Shown: positions 31,601 to 41,910, counted from the stretch's first letter. The stretch is 64,000 nt of DNA from a virus (IMGVR_UViG_3300028833_000141:12579-76578), one strand, 5' to 3'. A program made the numbers and translations. The notes: generated by a model not told the origin, from the letters alone.

Positions 31601-34600
31601 AAACGATTTGACCTTGCCGCTTTCCTGCTAATTTTTCTAATAGTCGAGCTTGTTGTTTGTCAGTAAGATCATCGTATATTTTAGAAATATCTCTAAGTAA
31701 ATCTACGGTAGATTTATACTCAGTTTTATTTTTATCAGTAAATAAGGATATGCCTTCCGGATGATCAGCAGTTTTTGTAAGATCGGCTATATCTCCGGAG
31801 AGTTGTTCTACACCGCCAATGTATTGTTCGGTCTCTTCATCATATCCTCTGATACGCATTGATAATGTTTTCAAAGCTGTCAATCTGTTACTTTCCCATA
31901 TTCTAATGGTACTGACCATCATTTGATGGCGGTTAGTCATTTCTGGCTAACTCCGCAATTTCATGATTAGGTTATAGTTGCGGTTCGGACTGTATCTTCT
32001 ATGAATGGCTGAACCAACTACATTACTGTATTTGGTATTACAGTCTCTACGGATTCTGTATTATTGTATTCATTTTTTATATAGAAGGATTACAATAATA
32101 CAGTCTTTCCTCGGTCTATGCCGCCTCCGGCTTTTGACCGATATAGCCATTTTTATTGTCGGCAAGCTGTTTACCGACACTTGCAGCATCCCTTGTGACT
32201 TCTGTAGCTGCTGTTCCCAGAGCTATTGTTTCATCAAGAGTGTTGTTTGCGGCAGCCATAGCTGACGATGATCTGGTTAAAAACTCTACAATGTCTTGAT
32301 TTGATACTGCTTGTGTGTTCAAAAAAATCTGTTACTTTCACCTTTAATTGAGGCTACTGACCATATTCTTATATGGCGGTAAGGACGTTAATCCTTACTC
32401 TCACGTTTCTTTTTTAATGAGTTATAGCGTGAGTTCAGACTATATATTCATCCCAAAGAGGGAGGATAACTTCACAATACTTGTTACCAAGTACCGCCTG
32501 TAGTCGTTACGGATTCTAAAAATTTATCTAATTCTTCCTCTATTTGTTCTGTGTTTTGAGTATAATTTAATCTTAATAATGGAATTTTATTATCATTACA
32601 ATAATTGTTTTTAATATTATCTCTTATTACCATTAATTTATAACTCTCTTCTCCACCAAACCATTTAATAGGTTCAAAGTGTTGTTTTCCATCATATTCA
32701 ATTAAACCAATCACTTGTTCATTTTCATCAATTATTGCAAAATCAAATTTCAATTTATATGTGTATCTACAATCAGCAAATGTATATTGTGGAATATGCC
32801 TAATATTATGACTATTCATGTAATGTTTTATTATTTTCTCTCCTTTTGATGTGATCTTGCAACCACAAGAAGTAGTGGAATTATCATTTATATTAGCTGG
32901 CAATGCAACAAATTCTTCATGGCATATCGGACATTCAAACCACCATAACCATGTTCCATTTTCATTCTTTTTATATGGTGTAATTGCTTTAACCCCACAA
33001 TCAGAAACAAAACCAGTCCAATCTTTTGTACTTGTCTCAGTTATTCTTTCTTTATTATAACAACCGCAAGAAGTCGTATGTCCTGTTTGAACATCATTTT
33101 TATTATAAATACCAATTGTTCCGCAGTCACAACGACATTTAACCTTTGGTCTCTTTTCATTCCATAGCGTTTCTAAAACAAGTAGTCTCCCAAATCTTTG
33201 ACCGTCAATTTCTTTGCCAAATGTTCTTCTCATTACTTCCTTTTTCATACATCCACACGAAGTTAATTCTGTGCTTGCTTTTCTTAATGGATATGCTTGC
33301 CTTATCACTTCATTACCACAATCACATTCACATAAACAAAAAGTCTTTTTATTTTTATAATTTGGCAACATTTCTTTGACAACTAAATGTCCATATCTAT
33401 TGCCAACCATATTTATAACACTAATAAAAAATCACCTCCTTACAAGGGGTGATTAGATAAATTTTTAGTCTTTCCTCGGTCTATGCTGCTCCCAGCGTTT
33501 GACCGATATAGTTATCTGCTAAAATCCATTTCGGATTTCCATACGTTACCGTATGTTTCGGCAACACTTTACCGATTTTGTTAATTTTACTTGCGACTCC
33601 ATCAAGCGCATCGCTGGCTTCGATTTTATAAGCCTTCATTACGGAGATTAATCCGTCATTAGCTTGCTCGATCGTCATGCCAGGAGATATCGATTTGAAT
33701 ACACTCGATACTTCTGACATTGTTTTGGAATCTTCCAGATTATATCCAAGACGCGACCAATCCGCTGCACCTTGAATAATATCTTTAGTAGTAGTACCAA
33801 ATTTCTTAGCACTATCATTTGCTGTAAAATAAAAATCGTTCAACTGCTTTCCTGTAGCTGAACTTGTTTTCTTTAAATCAACGAGAGCATCATCGAGTGC
33901 CACAACTTCATTGATTCCTGATTTTATCGTTCTTATAGAACCATATATAATTGTCGAAGCACCAACATAATTTGATAGTTTACTGAATGCACTTTTCATT
34001 CTTGAACCGAAAGTTACAACATTCTTTCCGGCAGCTTTCGATTCTTGACTGATAGTGTTAAATCTTTCGTTAATCCTTTTTAAGTCAGACGAATTGACCT
34101 TGCCGCTTTCGCTTAAAGTATTCAATTCATTTACTAATCTTCTAACTTCTGCACCATATTCTTTAGCAGCCTTAGTGCCGGAGTTTAAGAATTGATTCAT
34201 CTTGTTTTGAGATGAAGCGATTTGTGATGCACTCGCAAACTGTTTCATTTCAGCAGAAACACTCGATATTTGATTCTTAGTAGTTGTTAAAAGTGCATCA
34301 TACTCTCTATACTGATTTACAAGTTTACGAGAACCATCAATACCATTCGATTCAGTTGTACGCATAGCCGTTGCCATTTGTTGCAACTGATTGATATTAG
34401 ATTGAATAGTAGTATTTAATGTATTGCCAGAATTTGCAATCTTATCATAGTTCGCCTTAACTGATTGTAAATCAGAGTTTAATTTTCCAGTATTGACCGA
34501 TTTTAATGCTTTGTTGTAATCAGAGAGATATTTGCTAACATTATTGCTACGCCAAGAAGAACCGCTTTTTGTAGCCTGTTGCATACCATTCTTTAAACTT

Positions 34601-34770
34601 TTACCAGCATTACGACCAATACTATTGAATTGCTTTTGCAAAGCCGACATATCGACATTGCCGATTTTTACATTTTTTAATACTATCGGTTCTTTTCCGA
34701 TTGATTGCAGTTGGGAGCTTATGCCACTTAAATCTAATGTAGCTTTTACTTTTGCTTCAAACTGAGACAT
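25614..34770 (-). CDS. Tape measure protein, 4 exons (34770-33571, 32319-32173, 31880-29499, 29165-25614), 2426 aa spliced
   Basis: TP901-type TMP core continues across junctions (KINKIG|NTQAVS, ASVG|TALKTLSMR, GELG|EEIVVDP); all three junctions are phase 0 after GGT. Confidence 0.9.
29166..29498 (-). mobile_element. Group I intron (333 nt, no ORF)
   Basis: Canonical P AAUUGCUGGAA, Q AAUCAGCAG, R GUUCAACGACUA, S AAAGAUAUAGUCU; P1 with U.G; terminal G. Confidence 0.94.
31881..32172 (-). mobile_element. Group I intron (292 nt, no ORF)
   Basis: P1 GUCGGU/GCCGAC; core GUAGAGACUG / AGAUACAGUCC; ends GUAACAGAUUG; shares TATATCGGTCAA..GCATAGACCGAGGAAAGACT with the 32320-33570 intron. Confidence 0.9.
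32320..33570 (-). mobile_element. Group I intron (1251 nt) encoding a homing endonuclease
   Basis: P1 UCGGU/GCCGA with U.G; R GUAACGACUACA; S AUAUAUAGUCU; terminal G; internal 308-aa ORF. Confidence 0.93.
32484..33410 (-). CDS. Intron-encoded homing endonuclease (Cys-rich repeats plus Vsr/DUF559-like nuclease)
   Basis: Repeated CxCDCG..TxSCGC units; C-terminal FDFAI..IEYDGKQH; 3' end reads into the intron R element. Confidence 0.85.
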   Translation of the reverse strand: MVGNRYGHLVVKEMLPNYKNKKTFCLCECDCGNEVIRQAYPLRKASTELTSCGCMKKEVMRRTFGKEIDGQRFGRLLVLETLWNEKRPKVKCRCDCGTIGIYNKNDVQTGHTTSCGCYNKERITETSTKDWTGFVSDCGVKAITPYKKNENGTWLWWFECPICHEEFVALPANINDNSTTSCGCKITSKGEKIIKHYMNSHNIRHIPQYTFADCRYTYKLKFDFAIIDENEQVIGLIEYDGKQHFEPIKWFGGEESYKLMVIRDNIKNNYCNDNKIPLLRLNYTQNTEQIEEELDKFLESVTTTGGTW

Positions 34771-34784
34771 TGATTACCTCCTTT

Positions 34785-35831
34785 CTACAAATCAGTTAGA
34801 CCGCGCTTTTCTACTTGTTTAATGCCATCTTCACCAAAATATTTTTCAAGTTGAGAATCACTTGTTCTATCATCGTAAACTCTGAGCATTTCGCTGCTCG
34901 TCCATCCTTGAATGGTTTGAACGACCGCCTCAGGTAAATTCTGTTCAAGCAACTGAGTAGTGAAGAAATGTCTTAAAGCATGTAGATAAATTGGTTTACC
35001 CATTATATTTGAAAAAGTTCTCACCCAAGAGTTAAGCGTGGTAATACCAATATGTTCATCGAGCCATTCTCCATCTTGATATTTCGGAAATAACCAATCA
35101 GAAGATATTCCCAATTTCTCACGATCTTTCAGCCATAAGTCTAAATACGGTTGAAATGGTTTAGCTAAAACATAAACATCTAATAATTTTCCTCGTGATC
35201 CGCGACCTTTTGTAACCATTTTCTCAGGCGTTTTATATAACGAACCGCCACAAATCAAATTCTCTTCTTGGAAATAAGAAACTTTGAATCTCGTTAATTC
35301 GGCTTTTCTTTTACCGCTATACATAGCAAGTGCGACAAGACAAGCCTTTTGATAATCTTTTCTCTCAATCAATTTATCTAAAAGAAGCTGCAAATCTTCC
35401 TCTTGAAAAACCGATTTTTCTCTAACCGCTTCATCCGCAGGAGATTCAATTTTACGGACTATCGGTTTATATCCATCAAATTCATCATCCAAAATGTTTT
35501 CTATAAAATTAGAAAGACTACTCAGTGTAGCTTTAACTGTTCTCGTTCTTCTCGGACTCCAACCCCATTCATTGATGCAATGATTTTGAAATTTTGCTAT
35601 CTCTCTCTTGCTTAAATCTACAAAGAATTTGTTTTTGTTATACTCTAAATTCCAACACCAAAATACATGCAGATTTGCACGATATTGTTTTATCGTACTT
35701 TTTGCACGATCAACAGATTCTAAGTATTCTATAAAGTCATTCTCTAATTCTATATTTTCTGGATTTATGTCTTTTAACTTTTCTTCGGTTGTGATTTTAT
35801 TGTAGACAGTTTTTCTACCATCTTTATTCAT
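34785..35831 (-). CDS. Second tyrosine recombinase (SPbeta YomM-like position)
   Basis: SGKRKAEL, HALRH, QGW and RVY motifs; directly upstream of the tape measure gene. Confidence 0.88.
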   Translation of the reverse strand: MNKDGRKTVYNKITTEEKLKDINPENIELENDFIEYLESVDRAKSTIKQYRANLHVFWCWNLEYNKNKFFVDLSKREIAKFQNHCINEWGWSPRRTRTVKATLSSLSNFIENILDDEFDGYKPIVRKIESPADEAVREKSVFQEEDLQLLLDKLIERKDYQKACLVALAMYSGKRKAELTRFKVSYFQEENLICGGSLYKTPEKMVTKGRGSRGKLLDVYVLAKPFQPYLDLWLKDREKLGISSDWLFPKYQDGEWLDEHIGITTLNSWVRTFSNIMGKPIYLHALRHFFTTQLLEQNLPEAVVQTIQGWTSSEMLRVYDDRTSDSQLEKYFGEDGIKQVEKRGLTDL

Positions 35832-35850
35832 TGAATCACTTCCTTTCTAA

Positions 35851-36264
35851 CTAATGAAAATATCTTGCGAATGTACTTTCGAAATCACTTTTGATTTCTC
35901 TTTCCGCTTTGTGCCACCAACCTTGATTACCGACAGCCGGACGCAATCCGCTAACAACACCGTAGTTTGTTAAATTCAGTACAGCAGTCATGCTTGGTTT
36001 TACACCTGTAGAATAACCACCAACTCCTTCATTTAGGAATGCTCTAAATTCCACACTTAAACCACCGCGATAAACAGGATCAGTTTCTCTCGTGTCCATG
36101 AGATGTCCAGTTCTTTGATACATAACAGGAGTACCACCGCTATAGAAGTAAAGCAAAGCATCATCAATTCTTTTGATTGATTTTTTCTCAACTTGCTTCA
36201 TAGCTTTTTCCATTTGATCCATAATTTGCTTTTGAAGCTGTTCAAGACTTGTTGCAACAGGCAT
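35851..36264 (-). CDS. Hypothetical tail-region protein
   Basis: 137 aa ORF in operon context. Confidence 0.6.
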   Translation of the reverse strand: MPVATSLEQLQKQIMDQMEKAMKQVEKKSIKRIDDALLYFYSGGTPVMYQRTGHLMDTRETDPVYRGGLSVEFRAFLNEGVGGYSTGVKPSMTAVLNLTNYGVVSGLRPAVGNQGWWHKAEREIKSDFESTFARYFH

Positions 36265-36266
36265 GA

Positions 36267-36830
36267 TTATTCTCCTTTAGCCATTATCGCTTTAAAGGCT
36301 TCTGATTCTGTAAAAGCATCCGTCACAGCTTTTGCATCATATTTTCCATCCGACACATTCTTTGCAAATTCAAGAAGCTTATCAACTGTCTCTTCATTCA
36401 TAACATTATTAACAGAACTAATCATGTTATCTAAATTACTGACTAATTCTCCAATTTGTCTTGTTGCCTGGCTAATAGCGTAAGTAGGGGAGTTTATTCT
36501 GCTATGAATTATTTCCATAGCGTTTTTGAAGGCATTGGCAAAATCATATTTAATATCACCGTCAAATGTAATGGCTTCATTAAACGCTTCTAAAAATTCT
36601 TCATTCGCAAATATCACATCTGCATCGAAAATATCCGTAATAACTTCCATATCCGAAATAAGATTTTTATTCATAATGCAGCCATTATAAAAAGCTAACA
36701 TTGTACACATATCTCCGATATGCGGAGCATAATTCCCAGCCTCATCAAAATAACTATCAACTATTTCATTGACCAAAGAGTAGTATTCTGCAACTGTAAA
36801 ATAATCTTTATACTCAATCTGTTTACCCAT
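36267..36830 (-). CDS. Hypothetical protein (possible tail assembly chaperone)
   Basis: 187 aa acidic helical ORF in the operon. Confidence 0.5.
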   Translation of the reverse strand: MGKQIEYKDYFTVAEYYSLVNEIVDSYFDEAGNYAPHIGDMCTMLAFYNGCIMNKNLISDMEVITDIFDADVIFANEEFLEAFNEAITFDGDIKYDFANAFKNAMEIIHSRINSPTYAISQATRQIGELVSNLDNMISSVNNVMNEETVDKLLEFAKNVSDGKYDAKAVTDAFTESEAFKAIMAKGE

Positions 36831-37350
36831 TCTTTTCCTCCGAAAATTGTGTTAAAAAATATTCAGTATCATATCTATATCTTGTTCTCTTTTTTGTTTG
36901 TGGAATAATGAAGTAGGGGATATTGTTATCGTCTAAATCTTGTATAGTAAAACTTTTCTTTGTGATTAAAATTAGCATTTTATTAAAAGCTTCTATTGAA
37001 ATAAAAATAGTAGTTTCAATTGATCTAAACTCAATAATAAATCCACATATAATGCCATCATATTTATTCCACTCATTTAATCCATCTATCTGATGTTTAT
37101 GAATCTTTCCTTTGCTGTCTTTTTCTCTCTCAAACGAAATAGATTTTTCCTTAACCGTTTTCATCTCTAAAGCGTACAGCTTCATTTCATGAGAATCCCA
37201 AAGAATAAAATCAAAAGGGTTCTTATTGCTGAATCGCAAATTCGCAGATTTGCTAAAGGATTGAGGGGGATCAGGTAATCTATACGCCAAAACATAATCC
37301 GGAATAGATTTCACAAAATCATCTTCAAATTTTTTTCCTATATTTCGCAT
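36823..37350 (-). CDS. recU: RecU-like Holliday junction resolvase
   Basis: GKKFE, PFDFIL, LEMKT, HQ..L motifs. Confidence 0.8.
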   Translation of the reverse strand: MRNIGKKFEDDFVKSIPDYVLAYRLPDPPQSFSKSANLRFSNKNPFDFILWDSHEMKLYALEMKTVKEKSISFEREKDSKGKIHKHQIDGLNEWNKYDGIICGFIIEFRSIETTIFISIEAFNKMLILITKKSFTIQDLDDNNIPYFIIPQTKKRTRYRYDTEYFLTQFSEEKNG

Positions 37351-37592
37351 TTCTTTTCTGGGCGGTTATCCATCCATTTTTTATACACAAAATTGGTTTC
37401 TGTTTTTAGATACCAGCAAGTGATCCTGCCTTTCTTTAATTCATGTTCACAGACATATACAGGCTGACAACCATGCTGTGTATAAAAGAAGATTTGAGAT
37501 AAATTATCAATTGCAACTAAATTTTCACGCCCATAACACTCAAATACTTCATCTAAATTTGTAAAATTTATATTTGTCATTTCTTTCTCCAT
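37338..37592 (-). CDS. Hypothetical protein
   Basis: 84 aa ORF coupled to recU. Confidence 0.55.
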   Translation of the reverse strand: MEKEMTNINFTNLDEVFECYGRENLVAIDNLSQIFFYTQHGCQPVYVCEHELKKGRITCWYLKTETNFVYKKWMDNRPEKKCEI

Positions 37593-37620
37593 TCATTGCA
37601 ACTTGAAAGCGCAAAAGAAA

Positions 37621-37654
37621 AGGGAGGCTGTACCGATTTTGGTTTATCCTCCCT
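37621..37654 (-). terminator. Intrinsic terminator
   Basis: AGGGAGG...CCTCCCT stem followed by TTTCTTTT on the minus strand. Confidence 0.6.
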
Positions 37655-37682
37655 AATCATAAAATCAAATACAACCTTTAAA

Positions 37683-37970
37683 TTATTCCTCTACAACAGA
37701 ATTATCTTCCGTAAGAGAATCATTCTCCTTTACGCTTTTAGTTGTTTTCTTAACCTTTATTGGTTCATCTTTCTTTATATAATGTCGCTCGGATTTTTCC
37801 TTCTCCGGTTTGACATAATTATCATCAACTACTTTATATCTATCGTTTTCCTTTACGACATTTACAAAATCCGCTTCTTTTCCAATAGAAGGGACTTGTA
37901 CCTCTATATCGTCATATTTGAAAACGGTAACTAAATCGTTGTTGATCAGAACTCTGCATTTCTTAGTCAT
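37683..37970 (-). CDS. Hypothetical protein
   Basis: 95 aa ORF with GGAGG RBS. Confidence 0.55.
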   Translation of the reverse strand: MTKKCRVLINNDLVTVFKYDDIEVQVPSIGKEADFVNVVKENDRYKVVDDNYVKPEKEKSERHYIKKDEPIKVKKTTKSVKENDSLTEDNSVVEE

Positions 37971-37987
37971 AGTTCCTCCGTATTCTT

Positions 37988-38284
37988 TTACTCATCTACA
38001 CGATAGCCATTCTTAAACATATCAATAAGTTGTTCTACTGCTGGAATGCCTTCTTCTCTAATTATTTCAAGAATTTCATCGGCTTTTATAGCTCCAATTG
38101 TAAAGCTATTATTTTTCCACCAAGTCCAAATTGGAACAACAACAACCGTAACGGCTGTTACTAAATCATAAATATAGCTTTCCTGTATCTCAATAGGTGC
38201 GATCCCCATTATTTTTAAAACCGCATTAATTATTACAAGACCAAGTATAATAGTTCTTGCTATTGTATCTGTTTTAACTTTCAT
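37988..38284 (-). CDS. Holin, SPP1 family
   Basis: TIARTIIL..IN and WTWWKNNSFT motifs; two TM helices. Confidence 0.85.
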   Translation of the reverse strand: MKVKTDTIARTIILGLVIINAVLKIMGIAPIEIQESYIYDLVTAVTVVVVPIWTWWKNNSFTIGAIKADEILEIIREEGIPAVEQLIDMFKNGYRVDE

Positions 38285-38297
38285 GTATGTACCTCCA

Positions 38298-40037
38298 TTA
38301 CTTTTTCACCATCTTCATTTTGGCAATTGTATCTGCACCAACAATACCATCGGCAGCAATCTTCTGAGCAAGTTGGAAAACTCTTACATATTTATATGTC
38401 GTGTCACCAAACAAGCCATCGACAACAAGAACCTCTCTTTCAAAATACCAATTGAGATATCTTTGTAAATCTTTGACTCTTGAACTAACTTCACCGTGAC
38501 TAATCACCATAGTTGTATCAACAGAAGATTTATACCTATATACTCGAACAAACTTCTTGTAATCAGAGTCAGTCAGAGTACAGATACTAATAGACTTCTT
38601 CCATCTTGAAGAACCCTTTACATTATCATCGCCGCCACTTGCCTGAACTATCTTGCCATTACCAATGTATAAAGCGACATGTGTATTACTACAGAGAACA
38701 TCGCCTTTTTTGAGCTTTGATTTTGATGGGTGTCCAAGCTTTTTAAATAGAGATGATTTATTATATCCTTCGTTAACAGAGAAACCCCATGAAGAACCTT
38801 TTGCGCAAAGTTGAAGGGCAGTAGGGATGCAACCACCATGCGCCCATGCAGCATGTACAAAGGCATTACAGCAATATGTATGATCATATTCATTGATACC
38901 TTTTTTAGAACGACCGCCTTTTGTAGTATTAGTTCCGCAGAAATAGCAACCATTATGATGGGCATTTGGATTCCATTTTGTGCTATCTGTGCTACCATGT
39001 TTATCCGTATAACCGTAATGAAAATCATTATCTCCGGATATCCACCTCGCCCATCTAACAGCATCATCTATAACTTGTGCGTTATTTTTCTTCAAAACTA
39101 AAGTAGGGAATATACCGCTATATGGCTTCTTCTCAACAGATGCCGGAGCAGCAATGAAATCCAACGGATCGGATGCTATAGGATCAATTTTATCGAAATT
39201 TTTCGCAGCTTTAAGAGAATCTTCACCGAATATACCATCAGGAGTTATTTTACATTTCTTTTGGAATGCCTTAACTGCAACTCTCGTCTTATCGCCAAAC
39301 TCACCGTCAACAACAAGACCTGCGCTTACAGCCCAATTAAGAAATCTCTGTAATTTCTTGACCTGACTGCCTGTATCTCCATGTTTGATATAATTTCTAT
39401 ACTGAGTGCCGTTGCCTGTATATCTAAAGATAATTCTTGCTGTGTAGTTTGTATAATTCCTTGTTGCAATCTGTCTATCAACTGCTGTTTTACCGCCAGA
39501 CCCAGTAGAATCAGTAATTTTTCCATTACCTCTGTAGTAATAAGTATGAGTATATTTATTGCCTTTAAATTGACACATAATATCCCCAGCTTTCCATTGA
39601 GACTGAGGGATATTTTTACCATTCTTACCTCTAATTACTACTAAGTCATTCGTCTTGATAAACTTCTTAGCAATCTTTAAAGCTTCTGCATCAGTCTTTG
39701 CTGCTATAATTTTTTGTGCTGTGTCATTAGCGATAACATGGCAGTTACACCAAGTACCTAATCTGCCACCGTGATGCCAAACCGCAAATGCAAAACCAAT
39801 ACAATTCCAACCATGATGCCCTAAAATAGCTTTAGCCGGATCGTTCGTTTTTGGGTCTTTTGGGTATCCTTTACAAATTGGACATTCTCTTGTCTTTGGG
39901 TCACTTGAACGCCAGATTTTATATTTAAAACTATTATCATTAGCAATTTTTGTAGCCCATGCATTCATATCTGCAACTACATCATCATGTGTATAGTGCA
40001 TTTTAATATCTGGAAAAGTACCTGTATAATTGCCCAT
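38298..40037 (-). CDS. Cell-wall hydrolase with two NlpC/P60-like plus PG-binding modules
   Basis: Two Cys..GD..H modules (WNCIGF and YCCNAF), each followed by a PG_binding_1-like VDG.FG..T. Confidence 0.75.
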   Translation of the reverse strand: MGNYTGTFPDIKMHYTHDDVVADMNAWATKIANDNSFKYKIWRSSDPKTRECPICKGYPKDPKTNDPAKAILGHHGWNCIGFAFAVWHHGGRLGTWCNCHVIANDTAQKIIAAKTDAEALKIAKKFIKTNDLVVIRGKNGKNIPQSQWKAGDIMCQFKGNKYTHTYYYRGNGKITDSTGSGGKTAVDRQIATRNYTNYTARIIFRYTGNGTQYRNYIKHGDTGSQVKKLQRFLNWAVSAGLVVDGEFGDKTRVAVKAFQKKCKITPDGIFGEDSLKAAKNFDKIDPIASDPLDFIAAPASVEKKPYSGIFPTLVLKKNNAQVIDDAVRWARWISGDNDFHYGYTDKHGSTDSTKWNPNAHHNGCYFCGTNTTKGGRSKKGINEYDHTYCCNAFVHAAWAHGGCIPTALQLCAKGSSWGFSVNEGYNKSSLFKKLGHPSKSKLKKGDVLCSNTHVALYIGNGKIVQASGGDDNVKGSSRWKKSISICTLTDSDYKKFVRVYRYKSSVDTTMVISHGEVSSRVKDLQRYLNWYFEREVLVVDGLFGDTTYKYVRVFQLAQKIAADGIVGADTIAKMKMVKK

Positions 40038-40149
40038 AGCATCCTCCTTTCATAAAATTTGCTATCAATACTTTTACGAATTTATTTATTGTATTTTTTT
40101 TACAGCACTCTTATGAGTGCATAATTACGATTAATGTATATAACTCGGA

Positions 40150-41610
40150 TTATTTATCCCAATACGAGATATAACAATGATCCATGTCAACATTACCCTT
40201 AATCCCCTTAACTGATCCTTTTGATGTATATTGCCATATACCAAAGAGGGAAGGGGTTTTATGTGTAATCCTTGTGTTATGCTGTGCAAGCCATAATGGT
40301 CTATCAGAATATTTATCAGCAATTTTTGTAAGGTAATTATTAAACCATGTGAGACTTGCATAAACTCCTGGCTTACCACCAAGTTCGTCTATCTTCTTGA
40401 TAAATGCATCTGCCACAGTATTTGCATACTTTCCAAGTCCATCAGCTTCAAGATCAATATATAAAGGCATATCATAATCGTATTTCTTTGCAGCATCAAA
40501 TAATCTTGTAGCTTCTTTCTCGGCTTGTGCCTTTGTCTTTGCACGACTATATATGTAACAACCAACATGCAGTCCTTGTTTTAACGCGCCCTTCATGTTA
40601 GTATCAAAATAAGAATCGAGTTCGTCACCATCCGCATAACGAATAATAGCTCCATCGATTCCGTCTGCTTTTACTTTTTTCCAATCAATTTTCTTTTGCC
40701 AATAAGAAACATCAATCACTTTATAAACTGATTTCTTCTTACTTGATGTAGCAGTCTTTTTATCAGTTGTTTTTGTTTCTTTTTCAGTTTTTGTTTCAGT
40801 CTTAGGTTGTTCTGCCTCTTTAACAGTAGGTTCTTTAACGGCATATTTTTCTATTAATGTCTTTGCAGCTTTCCTACATCCTGCGCCAAATACACCGTCA
40901 GCATTTGGAACTTTATAAGTTGCTTCAAATATAGAAATAGCCATAACAGTTTTACTACCGCACTCGCTATCAACATCAAGTTTCGCATTGACCGCCCAAT
41001 TTAAGAATTGCTGTACCTTCTTTACTTTCTTTCCAGAATCACCATAAACTACATTTGTAGTTGGCAAGCTACCTGTAAATGGGGTAGAAGGTTTATACTT
41101 CGTTATTAAGGATTCCTCTCCTTTATATTTAGGACAAATAAAACCTCTGATATATCTTGCGTTTATCTTCATTGTCCTTATCCCAACGTATCCTGAACCC
41201 TTATTTCCTTCAATTACATCGAACTCATTACTACCGACTGAAATAACCATGCCTACATGTGAAGCACCGCTTGTATCATCGCCTCTGCCGGAGTCACCCC
41301 AATGATAGATAATGACATCACCGATCTTAGGAATATAAGCATCATTCTCTACCCATATGCCGAGTTTCTTAGCATCATTGATAAGTGTTCCGCAGTTGTA
41401 AGACATAGCCATATTCTTCATAGTCCAACCGCCTTTTAAGAACCATGCAGTAACACTTATCGCACACCATGCGCAACTGTAATTGCCGACTTCGCCATGA
41501 GGCTTTAATCCATTAAATGTATTTACAAGGTCTCTATGTTTTGAAGAACCTCTCGTTGCACCTTTATATGTCAGTGCAAGACCAACCATTTGCCTTCTTG
41601 TATATGCCAT
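40150..41610 (-). CDS. Endolysin: CHAP + PG-binding + GH25 muramidase
   Basis: AWCAISV..SHVG..IEGN (CHAP); IDVSYWQ..YIDLE..WQYT..VDMD (GH25). Confidence 0.9.
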   Translation of the reverse strand: MAYTRRQMVGLALTYKGATRGSSKHRDLVNTFNGLKPHGEVGNYSCAWCAISVTAWFLKGGWTMKNMAMSYNCGTLINDAKKLGIWVENDAYIPKIGDVIIYHWGDSGRGDDTSGASHVGMVISVGSNEFDVIEGNKGSGYVGIRTMKINARYIRGFICPKYKGEESLITKYKPSTPFTGSLPTTNVVYGDSGKKVKKVQQFLNWAVNAKLDVDSECGSKTVMAISIFEATYKVPNADGVFGAGCRKAAKTLIEKYAVKEPTVKEAEQPKTETKTEKETKTTDKKTATSSKKKSVYKVIDVSYWQKKIDWKKVKADGIDGAIIRYADGDELDSYFDTNMKGALKQGLHVGCYIYSRAKTKAQAEKEATRLFDAAKKYDYDMPLYIDLEADGLGKYANTVADAFIKKIDELGGKPGVYASLTWFNNYLTKIADKYSDRPLWLAQHNTRITHKTPSLFGIWQYTSKGSVKGIKGNVDMDHCYISYWDK

Positions 41611-41864
41611 TAGTCTGCCTCCGTATCACAAGGCATCGGTTTAACCCCATGCATTGGCTTGTTATATTTCATCGAAGAAATAAACAGTATAATGTTAAGG
41701 ATTAAAACTGACACCACAATAAATCCAACAATCTGTTCTCCATATGGAAAACCCTTAAATGTACTAAGGGCAAAATATAAAGTACCGATTGTAGGCAAAA
41801 TCATCGTTGCAATTATGTTTAAAATGTTATAAATCTTGTTTGTAAGCATATAGTTATCCTCCAA
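41610..41864 (-). CDS. Holin, Cp-1-like
   Basis: NKIYNIL..ILP.IGTLYFAL..PYGEQIVG motif. Confidence 0.8.
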   Translation of the reverse strand: MEDNYMLTNKIYNILNIIATMILPTIGTLYFALSTFKGFPYGEQIVGFIVVSVLILNIILFISSMKYNKPMHGVKPMPCDTEAD

Positions 41865-41910
41865 TAAAAATAATTTGTTTGCCTTACCAATCAGATTTAC
41901 GGTAAAAAAA

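Noticed and set aside
32116-32322. Stand-alone 68-aa ORF
   Set aside because: It is TMP exon 2 plus read-through into the flanking introns
34770-36300. Shufflon or invertible cassette driven by the second recombinase
   Set aside because: No flanking inverted crossover sites or strand-switched gene segments seen
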